From an uncultured virus (IMG/VR IMGVR_UViG_3300022700_000186) (lineage: Duplodnaviria; Heunggongvirae; Uroviricota; Caudoviricetes), in IMG/VR virus record IMGVR_UViG_3300022700_000186: a stretch of 64,000 nt of DNA. One strand, 5' to 3'. The notes beneath the pieces were generated by a model, which saw nothing but the letters and a program-made list of their open reading frames with translations, had not been told where the DNA came from and did not search any database. Position numbers and translations under genes: made by a program. Below, piece by piece: positions 55,588 to 64,000 of the stretch; the stretch's first letter is position 1; each line of letters opens with the position of its first letter.

Positions 55588-56280
55588 ATGGATGTAGGAT
55601 TTGAAAAAACAGACAGTTTAGAAAATACAGATTGGTATGTAATAACGCTTGATGGAAGAAAAACAAATCTTGAATTCGAATTGTCTATGATTGATAAAAC
55701 AGCAAAAATTCATTTAATGTCCTCTGATTTCGGTTTAACATATGATATTCCTGTAGAAAAGCTATCTCGTAAAATCACTGTTGATGTAGTGAAAAAATTT
55801 GTGACAGAAAATATCGATGTAATCATCAAATGGTACAATAAATCAAAAAGAAATATCTTAAACGAAGTCCCGCCACTAATCAGAACGAATAGAAAAGTAG
55901 TATGGATAGAAATTGATGGTGTTGTTAATTGGCAACTAAAGATAGCATTTCATACCTTAAAAGCAGGATTTAAAAATTTTTCGTATTCACAAAAACCTCT
56001 GAGCAGGAATATGATATATGATAAGGCAATCAAAATGGCTGAAATAAATCATCCATTATGTTTCTGGACAAAAGAAGAAATCATCAATCTAAAACATAAA
56101 GGACCTGATGAGAAATCATCAGCAGACGTTCTTGCTTTAAGAATAAATACTGATATAAAAAACAATCCAAACACACCTTTCTTCAGATATGATAAGAATC
56201 CAGAACTATTCGGTTTAATCGAAGACAGAAAATTATATGAACACACAATTCCAAACTTAAGAAAATGGTTCAGTGATTAA
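55588..56280 (+). CDS. Protein with C-terminal HARE-HTH-like winged helix
   Basis: EEII..LALRINTDIK..FFRY..PELFGL. Confidence 0.55.
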   Translation: MDVGFEKTDSLENTDWYVITLDGRKTNLEFELSMIDKTAKIHLMSSDFGLTYDIPVEKLSRKITVDVVKKFVTENIDVIIKWYNKSKRNILNEVPPLIRTNRKVVWIEIDGVVNWQLKIAFHTLKAGFKNFSYSQKPLSRNMIYDKAIKMAEINHPLCFWTKEEIINLKHKGPDEKSSADVLALRINTDIKNNPNTPFFRYDKNPELFGLIEDRKLYEHTIPNLRKWFSD

Positions 56281-56716
56281 AATGGGTCATGCTTACGTTA
56301 AAAACCTAAACGATATCCTAATGAGAAAAATCTACGCACATGGTAAGATATCAATCAATGAACTTATAGAATGGTGTATCAAACACAAAGAATGGTTACA
56401 TGCTTCTGAAGGTGATTACAAAGATAAATCAATGCTATCATATGCATTCGAGGAACTCGTACTCTTCCATTCTCACAAATGGTGTGAAAACAACCACCGA
56501 CCCAACATTGAACCGATACCAGAAAACGAAGAACAAATCGAAATGATAAAAGAATTTATGAAAAACGGTATGAGTGAAAAACTTTCCGATTCATATGATG
56601 AGGATGAAGATTGCTATATCCGAAAATTCGATGATATCAAATGGAAGTTCACCCCAGGAACACGGAAAATGTACATAGATAAAACCATACCAGCAATGCA
56701 TCAATTGGAGAATTGA
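56273..56716 (+). CDS. Hypothetical protein
   Basis: ORF track. Confidence 0.55.
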   Translation: MIKMGHAYVKNLNDILMRKIYAHGKISINELIEWCIKHKEWLHASEGDYKDKSMLSYAFEELVLFHSHKWCENNHRPNIEPIPENEEQIEMIKEFMKNGMSEKLSDSYDEDEDCYIRKFDDIKWKFTPGTRKMYIDKTIPAMHQLEN

Positions 56717-57135
56717 AAATGGAATTAGTAGAAGAAATAAAAGAAATCAAAGATAAAAATGAATTCTATGATGTCTTAATGAAGCTAGCGAATAGAAAAG
56801 AAATACTAGTAACAGGAGTACCAGGTACAGTATCTCGCGTGATGAGTTTACATTACATGTTAGATAATAGTTCCAACGCAATACTATATCACTACAAAAA
56901 AACCATAAGTTTTTTCCTTATTAAAAAAACCAAAACGCTTGAAAAGATACTTCAGATTAATGATATCTGGGAAACAATCGCAGTCATATTCTCACAGGAA
57001 ATAGAAGATGGATGTGCTGTTGCTCAACTCAAATTCCAAGATGGTAAAACACCAGAATATTCAGTAAATGGTCTTGCTGAACAAATGATAAAATCTATAG
57101 ACAATTATAAACCAAAAGCGAAGATGGATGATTAA
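56713..57135 (+). CDS. Hypothetical protein
   Basis: ORF track. Confidence 0.55.
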   Translation: MKMELVEEIKEIKDKNEFYDVLMKLANRKEILVTGVPGTVSRVMSLHYMLDNSSNAILYHYKKTISFFLIKKTKTLEKILQINDIWETIAVIFSQEIEDGCAVAQLKFQDGKTPEYSVNGLAEQMIKSIDNYKPKAKMDD

Positions 57136-57607
57136 AATGGGAGACTTTTATGATGGTAGTCCAAATTGTAGTGGTTGTATTATAACACTTATCGTTATTC
57201 TTATCATAGGTGGTTTTATCTGGGCATATATATTCGAACCTTACACAACAGGTAGTGGTTGGTTAGATGTATCAACAGGTGAAGTTGACCCCATAGTAGA
57301 ACATGATTCTCGTTTCTCACATTGGGCAGCTAAATCAAACGGTATGGTAGTAAATATCAACATAGGATTACTTGTACTTTCTTCTATTACATTCCTAGCA
57401 AGTCTATTCAAATCGAGAAAACAAGAAACATTACAAAGTATTTCTTTCTATAGTTTCTTTTTTGCTATCTGTATATTCATTATACATGCATGTTATTGTG
57501 TCTCAGGAATTGGAGCATTAGTTTTAGGATTCTTAGGTTTTATACTATTAATTTCATTGTTATGTGGTGTGGATGCAGAAAAAATAAAAAGAATGGAAAA
57601 TTTATAA
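57128..57607 (+). CDS. Four-TM membrane protein
   Basis: Hydrophobicity pattern. Confidence 0.6.
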   Translation: MIKMGDFYDGSPNCSGCIITLIVILIIGGFIWAYIFEPYTTGSGWLDVSTGEVDPIVEHDSRFSHWAAKSNGMVVNINIGLLVLSSITFLASLFKSRKQETLQSISFYSFFFAICIFIIHACYCVSGIGALVLGFLGFILLISLLCGVDAEKIKRMENL

Positions 57608-57745
57608 TCCAGCTTTCTTTCTCCATTGCCAGACAGTAGACCGAGGGATATTATGAATCCTGGCTACCTTCCGAATGGACTTTCCATTCTTCATTTTTTT
57701 AATTACTTTTTTCTTACGCTCTTCCGTGTAGCTTTTTCTTTTCAT
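57602..57745 (-). CDS. 47-aa helix-turn-helix DNA-binding protein, leaderless
   Basis: MKRKSYTEERKKKVIKKMKNGKSIRKVARIHNIPRSTVWQWRKKAGL; minus-strand TATA 24 nt upstream. Confidence 0.8.
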   Translation of the reverse strand: MKRKSYTEERKKKVIKKMKNGKSIRKVARIHNIPRSTVWQWRKKAGL

Positions 57746-57851
57746 ACTTATTACTATATTTACTGTACTATAAATACTTTCTCCGCCTAAACCATTATTT
57801 TGTAGGTATTTCGAAGTCCTAACCTTTAATGAATGATAATTTTAACGCAAC

Positions 57852-57895
57852 CTTTATATACTACAAAGTGTATACATATTATTGAAGTGATTGAA
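57852..57895 (+). promoter_or_regulatory. Conserved promoter/SD block (copy 2) driving the Ku-ligase operon
   Basis: ctttatatactacaaagtgtatacat...gtgattgaaATG. Confidence 0.75.
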
Positions 57896-58063
57896 ATGGA
57901 AAACAACAAAAAGACCCAAAAACAAACAACCCTCCCAGATGATGAATATCTGGCAAGGAAAGACGCAGTTGAACAACTCGAAGCAGAAAAAGAAGTAATG
58001 GAAAAAGAACTCTTTGGTTGCAAAGAACCCTACTTTGATGAGCAATACGAGGAGGTTTTCTAA
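57896..58063 (+). CDS. 55-aa acidic protein
   Basis: ATG after GTGA SD. Confidence 0.6.
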   Translation: MENNKKTQKQTTLPDDEYLARKDAVEQLEAEKEVMEKELFGCKEPYFDEQYEEVF

Positions 58064-58849
58064 ATGCATAACTTTATTTGGAAACATGGAAAATCAACCG
58101 TGCAAGTCCCAGTAAAAATAAAAAACGCAACTTCATACGGTTCACACCGAAATGGTAAATTAGTTTGCCCTGATTGCAACTCCCCAGTAACTCAACTATA
58201 TCGTTGTGAACATGAATTAAAAGATGAAGACGGTAAAACAATTCGTTACAAATCTGGTAACAAAAAAGGTCAAGCTAAAACAGGTGGTTGTGGAAAAGAA
58301 TACAAACTCCGAGATATCAACACCCGATATGATAAAGAATTCGATGTTGTTTATGATAAGTCAGAATACAGCAATTTCGTAAAAGGTGAAATCGACACAA
58401 AAATAACCGTTGAAAAAGAAATCAACACATCAGATGTATTACTTAATATCGAACTTCTAAGTGCTTTTAAAGAAATGTACACCAATGAAGATGATGTTGG
58501 AATAGCAACCATGCAAAAGGTTTACAAATGGTTATCAAAACACAACAAAGCATTATTGGTTACATTCGGTTACAGAAACAAACAACGTAGTGGTGTTATC
58601 ATGGCATCAGCAAATCGTATTGTAATTGCTGAACTCCGTGATTATCGAACTCTTAAAGAAACCTATCAAGAAGGTTTAGAAGAAGCATCAAATCCTAATG
58701 AAGAAACAATCAACGCAGTTTCTGAAGATAAGGAAAACGACCTTTACATGAAATTCATGGAAGCAAAAGCAAACGGTGAAGAAATCAAAAAACCAAAAAC
58801 CAAAAAAACAGAAAAGAAAATTGAGGTAGCTTCATTCTTGGATGAGTAA
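58064..58849 (+). CDS. ku: Ku-like DNA end-binding protein with zinc-ribbon bridge
   Basis: VQVPVKIKNAT, CPDC..YRCE..GCGKE..DI, ITVEKEI, KALLVTFGYRNKQR..IVIAELR follows the prokaryotic Ku layout. Confidence 0.72.
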   Translation: MHNFIWKHGKSTVQVPVKIKNATSYGSHRNGKLVCPDCNSPVTQLYRCEHELKDEDGKTIRYKSGNKKGQAKTGGCGKEYKLRDINTRYDKEFDVVYDKSEYSNFVKGEIDTKITVEKEINTSDVLLNIELLSAFKEMYTNEDDVGIATMQKVYKWLSKHNKALLVTFGYRNKQRSGVIMASANRIVIAELRDYRTLKETYQEGLEEASNPNEETINAVSEDKENDLYMKFMEAKANGEEIKKPKTKKTEKKIEVASFLDE

Positions 58850-58881
58850 TCATCCAATATTTTATTTTATGGTGATTTAAA

Positions 58882-59022
58882 ATGGGATACATGAAAAATC
58901 TTTACATTCATTTGATGAATAGCAAACCAACCAAATGCCCAGAATGTGGTAATGAAACATTAAGAAACCATGAAGATGTTTACTACTGCACAGAATGTGG
59001 GCATAGTAACATGAAGGTGTAA
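58882..59022 (+). CDS. 46-aa zinc-ribbon protein
   Basis: KCPECG..YYCTECG; GGTGA SD. Confidence 0.65.
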   Translation: MGYMKNLYIHLMNSKPTKCPECGNETLRNHEDVYYCTECGHSNMKV

Positions 59023-59025
59023 ATA

Positions 59026-59820
59026 ATGAAAGCAATCCAAATGAAACCACAAAAAACCGATACAATCCCCGATGGGGATTACATATACGAATTAAAGTAC
59101 GATGGTGGTTCTGCTTTCATTGTAAAAGAAGATGCAAAGGTATCAATCTATCATAGCAATAACGGAACTAATCAAGCTTGGAAATACCCAGAATTAAAAA
59201 AAGAATTACTATCACTTAAAAATGGTGTTTATGTTGCTGAAATCTGTTGTCAATCACAAGAGGACATTGGTGGAAATTTCACCAATTTCCTCAAACGACA
59301 ATGCGAAAACAAATTCATTATATCAAACCGAGCAAAGAAATTCCCAGTTACCGCTATGATATACGATATAACAGAACTGAATGGAGAAGATTTAACCTAT
59401 AAAACAATACTGGAACGTAAAAAAATCTTGTCAGAATCCGTTTCTGTAAGTCCTCATGTAAACTTAGTGCAATTCTACAACTCACCTGAACCAATCCTTG
59501 AATTAGCAGAAAAACAACAAATCGAGGGTGTCGTAGCAAAACATATTAATTCAGTATACACATTCAACAAACGAGTCGGTTGGTACAAAGTAAGATTCAA
59601 TAAAGAAATCACCACCACTTGCACATCATATGAAGAATGGGAAGACAGCAAAGGAAAACTAAAAGGTATTGTATTAATCGATGAAAATCAAAACGACCGA
59701 TACAACTTGCCTGGAAACCGACGGAAAAAAGCAATGCAATCAATTGATAAAAACGGAAAAGTAACCGTCGAGGTATCAATCTACGGTCGAAGATTTCCTG
59801 TTGTTAAGAGGGTGTTATAA
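59026..59820 (+). CDS. Minimal ATP-dependent DNA ligase (LigD/LigC-like adenylation domain)
   Basis: YELKYDG, AEI, IYDI, ERKKIL, IEGVVAK, WYKVR. Confidence 0.88.
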   Translation: MKAIQMKPQKTDTIPDGDYIYELKYDGGSAFIVKEDAKVSIYHSNNGTNQAWKYPELKKELLSLKNGVYVAEICCQSQEDIGGNFTNFLKRQCENKFIISNRAKKFPVTAMIYDITELNGEDLTYKTILERKKILSESVSVSPHVNLVQFYNSPEPILELAEKQQIEGVVAKHINSVYTFNKRVGWYKVRFNKEITTTCTSYEEWEDSKGKLKGIVLIDENQNDRYNLPGNRRKKAMQSIDKNGKVTVEVSIYGRRFPVVKRVL

Positions 59821-60347
59821 TGAAAATAACCTGCCCAGAATGTAACAGAAGAATACGAATTCGAAAGAACAAACGCATCAATACTTGTAAATGTGGTTAT
59901 GGTTTCTCACACAATCGTTATTTTGGAAATGGAAGAAATGTTTTTCTAGTAGATGCAAACGTTTTCATATACGCAATAAACAACGATAGATTCAGAGGAA
60001 AGCATTGCATCAATGTGTTAAACAGTGGTCATTCATTAGCAACAACTAAATCTGTTATCAAAGAAGTCAAACAATGGAACAAGTACAGAGTTAAAATATA
60101 TCATGTTAAAAAAATATCAAAGGATGTTGATGAACTTCAATACAACAGTCTAAAACAACCATCAAAAGCAGATAAAACACTTATTCAGTGCGCAATAGAT
60201 AACCCAGAAATTTCAGGTATAATAACAAACGACCCAGATATCAAAAATGTTGTGCCAAGCAGATTGATACAAAGCGAAAAGAAATTCTTTATTGGTAGAC
60301 CAAATGAATTCTTAAAAAAATATGATAGTTTGAAAAACTTAAAATAA
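59820..60347 (+). CDS. Zinc ribbon plus PIN-domain nuclease
   Basis: CPEC..CKC; FLVDANVF, E, SKAD, IITND. Confidence 0.85.
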   Translation: MKITCPECNRRIRIRKNKRINTCKCGYGFSHNRYFGNGRNVFLVDANVFIYAINNDRFRGKHCINVLNSGHSLATTKSVIKEVKQWNKYRVKIYHVKKISKDVDELQYNSLKQPSKADKTLIQCAIDNPEISGIITNDPDIKNVVPSRLIQSEKKFFIGRPNEFLKKYDSLKNLK

Positions 60348-60380
60348 TCGAATTGAATACTATAACAGGAAAGTATTAAA

Positions 60381-60809
60381 ATGAACCTAACCGATAAAGC
60401 ATTAAGCATAATGCACAAATCACATGGTGGTCATCCGAACCACTATTTCACTATTCGAGGGTACAAAATCTGTGCTCGATGTAGTGGAATGTTACTCGCT
60501 TTATTTGTTGTTTACCCTGTATTTACATTTCTTTATAGTCAGGGAATCAAATTTCCATTTCTTGTTGCATTGCTTATTGCTCTATCATTAGGCACTATCA
60601 ACCTACTCAATTGGATTATCGGACAATACAAAGACATATCAAACGAATCCAGATTTATATCTGGAGCTTTCTTTTCTTTAGGATTAGCAATATATCTGTT
60701 TATGTTACCCGAGCAACCTATCAAATACATAATCCTTCCCGCTTATTTTATTTTAGCAATGATAATCATATCAAACATACGAAGAAAGAGGTGTTGTAAA
60801 CATGAGTAA
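60381..60809 (+). CDS. DUF2085-like membrane protein
   Basis: ICARCSG, N..RFISG, multiple TMs. Confidence 0.7.
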   Translation: MNLTDKALSIMHKSHGGHPNHYFTIRGYKICARCSGMLLALFVVYPVFTFLYSQGIKFPFLVALLIALSLGTINLLNWIIGQYKDISNESRFISGAFFSLGLAIYLFMLPEQPIKYIILPAYFILAMIIISNIRRKRCCKHE

Positions 60810-60928
60810 CATAGATGAAATACTAGCTGATAATATCACAAAGTACGGAACTCTATTGTTGATTGTAGCAGGGTGTTGTTATACTGCATATAAGATTGCT
60901 CATTTATTTGTATAAGAGTTGATAAAGA

Positions 60929-61216
60929 ATGTGTAAACCGCTAAAAGGAAAAGGAACTACAAACGAATTCTTGGAACGTGATTCTATTGTATATAGAAAA
61001 GAAGACATCAAATCTGCAATGGAATGGATGATTCAATTTCATGAAGAACAAATTGAATTTCTAATATCAACATTACAAGAAAATTTTTGGTATCCAGAAG
61101 ATTCACATAAATACGGAAAACAAGAAGCAGTTTTAATGAGAATTCTACTGAGAAATATAGTATCACAGTATCAAGCAATCATGGTCATAGAAGAAGGATT
61201 AGAGGATGTAATATGA
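60929..61216 (+). CDS. Hypothetical protein
   Basis: ORF track. Confidence 0.55.
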   Translation: MCKPLKGKGTTNEFLERDSIVYRKEDIKSAMEWMIQFHEEQIEFLISTLQENFWYPEDSHKYGKQEAVLMRILLRNIVSQYQAIMVIEEGLEDVI

Positions 61217-61506
61217 AATATATGTATTTAACAAAAGATTGGAAATGGAAGGAACACAACAAACCATTAAAAGGAAAACAATTCGGTTTCTTTGGTACAA
61301 GGAAAGACGGTTCGTATGGTGAACTTCATTGGAACAAAAACACAGAAGTAAGAAGATGTTATAGTCGTTCTTGTTTATTCGGTTGGTTTCATGAACATGT
61401 TCTAATTCCATGTTGGGGTGACACTGGAATTTTCGAAATTTCTGACAAAGGAGAACCATTGAAAGATGGGAAAGTATACTGGAAATATAAGGATTTGATA
61501 GAATGA
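61213..61506 (+). CDS. Hypothetical protein
   Basis: ORF track. Confidence 0.55.
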   Translation: MKYMYLTKDWKWKEHNKPLKGKQFGFFGTRKDGSYGELHWNKNTEVRRCYSRSCLFGWFHEHVLIPCWGDTGIFEISDKGEPLKDGKVYWKYKDLIE

Positions 61507-61693
61507 TTACTGATGAAATTAGAAAATCCAAAATCGACATATATGATTGGTATTTCTGGAATCATCTTCTCTTTCATATTATTTATAATCCTAACAATCA
61601 TCCATCCATTCATAGCATTAATCGTATCAATATTCTTCCTTATACTTATCGTATCATATGTAATCTATAGGATAGAAGAAATAGAGTGATAAA

Positions 61694-61954
61694 ATGAAAT
61701 TCAAAACCAAAGAAGATTTAATGAAAGAATTTGATTATTTCAATGGTGAATCTGTACAAACAGGAATTGAAATATCTTTCAACTCCTTCAAAGAACGTAT
61801 TGACTTCTATAACAAATACAAAGATAAACCATATAAAGATTATATAAGAGATTATGCACTCACAGAAAAAGTACATAACATAGAAAGAACAGGAAATATT
61901 AAAGATGATTGGAAAGATTGGCTCTTCGACTTCTGCTTCGGTGATATAGAATGA
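61694..61954 (+). CDS. Hypothetical protein
   Basis: ORF track. Confidence 0.55.
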   Translation: MKFKTKEDLMKEFDYFNGESVQTGIEISFNSFKERIDFYNKYKDKPYKDYIRDYALTEKVHNIERTGNIKDDWKDWLFDFCFGDIE

Positions 61955-62059
61955 AAAGAAAAATGAGAAAGGTTTATGGAGAAATAAAAAATGACAAGTA
62001 GAGACGATACATTCTGGTATGTAACTATCATAACACTAAAAGTATTTGAATTGATATAA

Positions 62060-62374
62060 ATGGAGAACGAAATTATGAATAGAAACGACAAAGAAACATT
62101 AATACTTGGAGGCTGGCTTATATTCGCAATCATACTTGTTTGGTTTGCCTTCTTCACACGTTTTTATGATGGAGAAGCATACTTTGGTGCAATTCTTTTA
62201 ACTGGCATACTATCACTCTGTATTGCAGTCCTTCTCTGCATCTGGATAGAAGAAAGAGAAAAATCAGACATCAAAAAACTTAGGGAAAGACTTTCAAACG
62301 AAAGAAGGAAAATTAGACAGTATGAAAGTGAAATTCGAAAATACAAAAGAAAATTATCTGAACAGGAGAAATAA
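62060..62374 (+). CDS. Two-TM protein with coiled-coil tail
   Basis: Hydrophobicity pattern. Confidence 0.6.
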   Translation: MENEIMNRNDKETLILGGWLIFAIILVWFAFFTRFYDGEAYFGAILLTGILSLCIAVLLCIWIEEREKSDIKKLRERLSNERRKIRQYESEIRKYKRKLSEQEK

Positions 62375-62375
62375 A

Positions 62376-62708
62376 ATGAGAGAAGTAAAACATGGAGGTC
62401 CAACAGTACATGGAGCTTTCCAAAAACTCTATGAAGAAGCAAGAAAGAACAAAGAAATTCTTTACATGAAAGTTAATGGAAACGTCTTTATGGTTTTCCC
62501 AGAAGATAGCTTACGATTTCCTGTGATGAAAAATGTTGAGGATTCAGCATTAAAAGATGAAGCTGACAAACGTGGATTTGAGATGATTCCAAAAAAAGAT
62601 ATTGATGTTGATTATCTATACGATGAAGAACTAAAAGACATTATCAGAAAACAACAATATGAATTGGAAGTATGGGCGAAAAACAAAAAGAAGATATCTA
62701 AAAAATGA
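62376..62708 (+). CDS. Hypothetical protein
   Basis: ATG immediately after the upstream stop. Confidence 0.55.
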   Translation: MREVKHGGPTVHGAFQKLYEEARKNKEILYMKVNGNVFMVFPEDSLRFPVMKNVEDSALKDEADKRGFEMIPKKDIDVDYLYDEELKDIIRKQQYELEVWAKNKKKISKK

Positions 62709-63048
62709 GAGAAAGATTATGCAAAGAAAATGTCCAAGTTGCAATCAAGAAATGGAAATGAAGGGTAGTTGTGGTTATTGCAGAAATAAAAAATGCCATA
62801 TATTCAATGTGTTTTTTGCAGGTACTACTGGATTTAAATCAACAAAAACGAGTAGTAAATTCTTGAATCCTATAACTACAGAGTTTATTAGGTGACATGA
62901 TGGTAGATATTGAAGCATTGCAGAAACAAGCAGATGAATATCAAGAGCTAATGGATTTGGTGTATGAGTATTTGGATGATTTGAGTAAAGGTGGATACAA
63001 TTCAAACAGTTATATTGATGCTCTTTGTAAAAAGGTTGGATTCATAAA

Positions 63049-63546
63049 ATGAATAAAGAAGAATTATTAGAAAAAATCCAAAGTCACAACTTCATAGTAA
63101 TAACAGGTACATCTGATGGAAGAAAACAAGTAAGACAGATAGTAAACAGAAATATCCCTAAAAAACGCATAATCGAAACACGAAAATATCCCGAATACAT
63201 CAAAAATCGAAAATCGGTTGATTCTTATAACCTCAGTACAGAATCTCCACAACCATACGAAGCATTAATGTCTCTCTTAAAAATACTCGAGAAAAAACGA
63301 TTACCAGTAATCGTAGATTCTTTCACAGATATAAAATCAATATTACGTACTCATGTTCATGGAACAACAAAAAATTGGGTTCACTATAATTTCCTCATTA
63401 AAAACTCAATCACTACACTTCAAAAATACAACACAAAACTAATATTATTCGTTGATGACGAAGTCATCCACCAACACCTACTATACCTTTCAGATTTAAT
63501 AATTATAGCCAATGATAATGAAACTAAAATCCTAAAGGAGAAATAA
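63049..63546 (+). CDS. Degenerate RecA/KaiC-like P-loop fold protein
   Basis: IVITGTSDGRK (no GK[ST]), VIVDS, LLYLSDLII. Confidence 0.45.
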   Translation: MNKEELLEKIQSHNFIVITGTSDGRKQVRQIVNRNIPKKRIIETRKYPEYIKNRKSVDSYNLSTESPQPYEALMSLLKILEKKRLPVIVDSFTDIKSILRTHVHGTTKNWVHYNFLIKNSITTLQKYNTKLILFVDDEVIHQHLLYLSDLIIIANDNETKILKEK

Positions 63547-63548
63547 AA

Positions 63549-63917
63549 ATGTCACATTACGATTCCTCAAGATATGGGTATGATAAATACTGCAAATCAT
63601 GTGGAAAATATCTCGGTATGGGTGTATCAAGAGACATCTGCACCACCTGTGAATATTTCAAATTAAAAGAAGATACATTACAAGAAGCAACCATCTATCT
63701 AATTTCTGAAATAAGATTATGGATATCGGCACACGGGGACGATGTAGAAGAGATAAAGGAAGAATTCAAAGAACCGATTGCTGATTCCCACATTGATGTC
63801 TACAAAGTAATCGAAGACTACAACGACGAAAAACTACAAGAAAAACGAAACAATGACCCAATGTACAGAATCGAACAACTCGAAAAAAGAATCAAAAAAC
63901 TCGATGAATCACAATGA
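63549..63917 (+). CDS. Zinc-finger protein with coiled-coil tail
   Basis: CKSCG..ICTTC. Confidence 0.6.
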   Translation: MSHYDSSRYGYDKYCKSCGKYLGMGVSRDICTTCEYFKLKEDTLQEATIYLISEIRLWISAHGDDVEEIKEEFKEPIADSHIDVYKVIEDYNDEKLQEKRNNDPMYRIEQLEKRIKKLDESQ

Positions 63918-64000
63918 AAAAATTAACAGAAGCAAGGGCATTCAAAGATAAATCACTCATTCCTGATAACCTCAACACTCAATTTAGAGAACCTCTAAAC

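Larger units (their letters stand above)
1..64000 (+). mobile_element. Segment of a large archaeal virus genome, probably spindle-shaped/enveloped type
   Basis: Dense co-directional small orphan ORFs; dUTPase, RusA and tRNA cluster; two-helix capsid-like protein plus P-loop ATPase; archaeal TATA/SD signals and tRNA intron; no cellular housekeeping operons. Confidence 0.85.

Noticed and set aside
57602..57745. IS element around the HTH gene
   Set aside because: No DDE catalytic ORF or terminal repeats seen nearby
4641..63252. Minus-strand ORFs in the supplied track
   Set aside because: Nearly all lie antisense to better-supported + strand genes and lack motifs or SD sites
1..64000. CRISPR array or mini-array
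   Set aside because: No regularly spaced 25-40-bp repeats seen; the repeats found are coding or promoter elements
1..64000. Diversity-generating retroelement for the adhesins
   Set aside because: No reverse transcriptase, and no repeat pair differing only at adenines was noticed; FN3 repeats differ at all base types
1..64000. Stop-codon reassignment or suppressor tRNAs
   Set aside because: Long ORFs are intact in the standard code; anticodons TAA, TAG and TGA read TTA, CTA and TCA, not stops
1..64000. Head-tail (Caudoviricetes) structural module, or the 1606-aa protein as a tape measure
   Set aside because: No terminase, portal, HK97 capsid or tail-tube motifs recognised in the window; cannot be excluded outside it

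Overview
A 64-kb AT-rich segment of what is most likely a large archaeal virus genome. The archaeal evidence is TATA/BRE promoters, GGTGA-type SD sites, an intron-containing tRNA with no encoded CCA, and sequon-rich surface proteins. A Thermoplasmatota-like host is inferred, not shown. Almost all genes lie on the + strand. No terminase, portal, HK97 capsid or DNA polymerase is recognisable in the window. Instead there is an 83-aa two-helix hydrophobic protein resembling spindle-shaped virus major capsid proteins, two relatives of it, and a P-loop morphogenesis ATPase. Modules: (1) 0.9-2.3 kb: four class II tRNAs (Leu-TAA with intron, Leu-TAG, Ser-GCT, Ser-TGA) and three putative structured RNAs, one a three-way junction with perfectly complementary kissing loops. 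(2) dUTPase and RusA. (3) A 1606-aa low-complexity protein. (4) Two arrays (9.5-17.3 kb and 37.5-47 kb) of small basic proteins and single-domain effectors (ART-like x3, NTase, GNAT, ParB-like, methyltransferase, Cys-His-Asp enzyme). Many share short portable peptide tags: W-K-x-[DN]-x-W-G-V, [VT]PII and FNLDTDRDGVPDWKDCxPF. This is the best candidate for an undescribed virion cargo-targeting system. (5) A 17-37 kb glycoprotein module with a duplicated adhesin/subunit/partner cassette that may build a fibre. (6) An RHH-led membrane/ATPase assembly operon. (7) An early-type region with a DHH phosphoesterase, a Ku-like protein next to an ATP-dependent ligase (NHEJ-like), a PIN nuclease and many orphans. 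All family calls come from motif recognition by eye; no searches were run.
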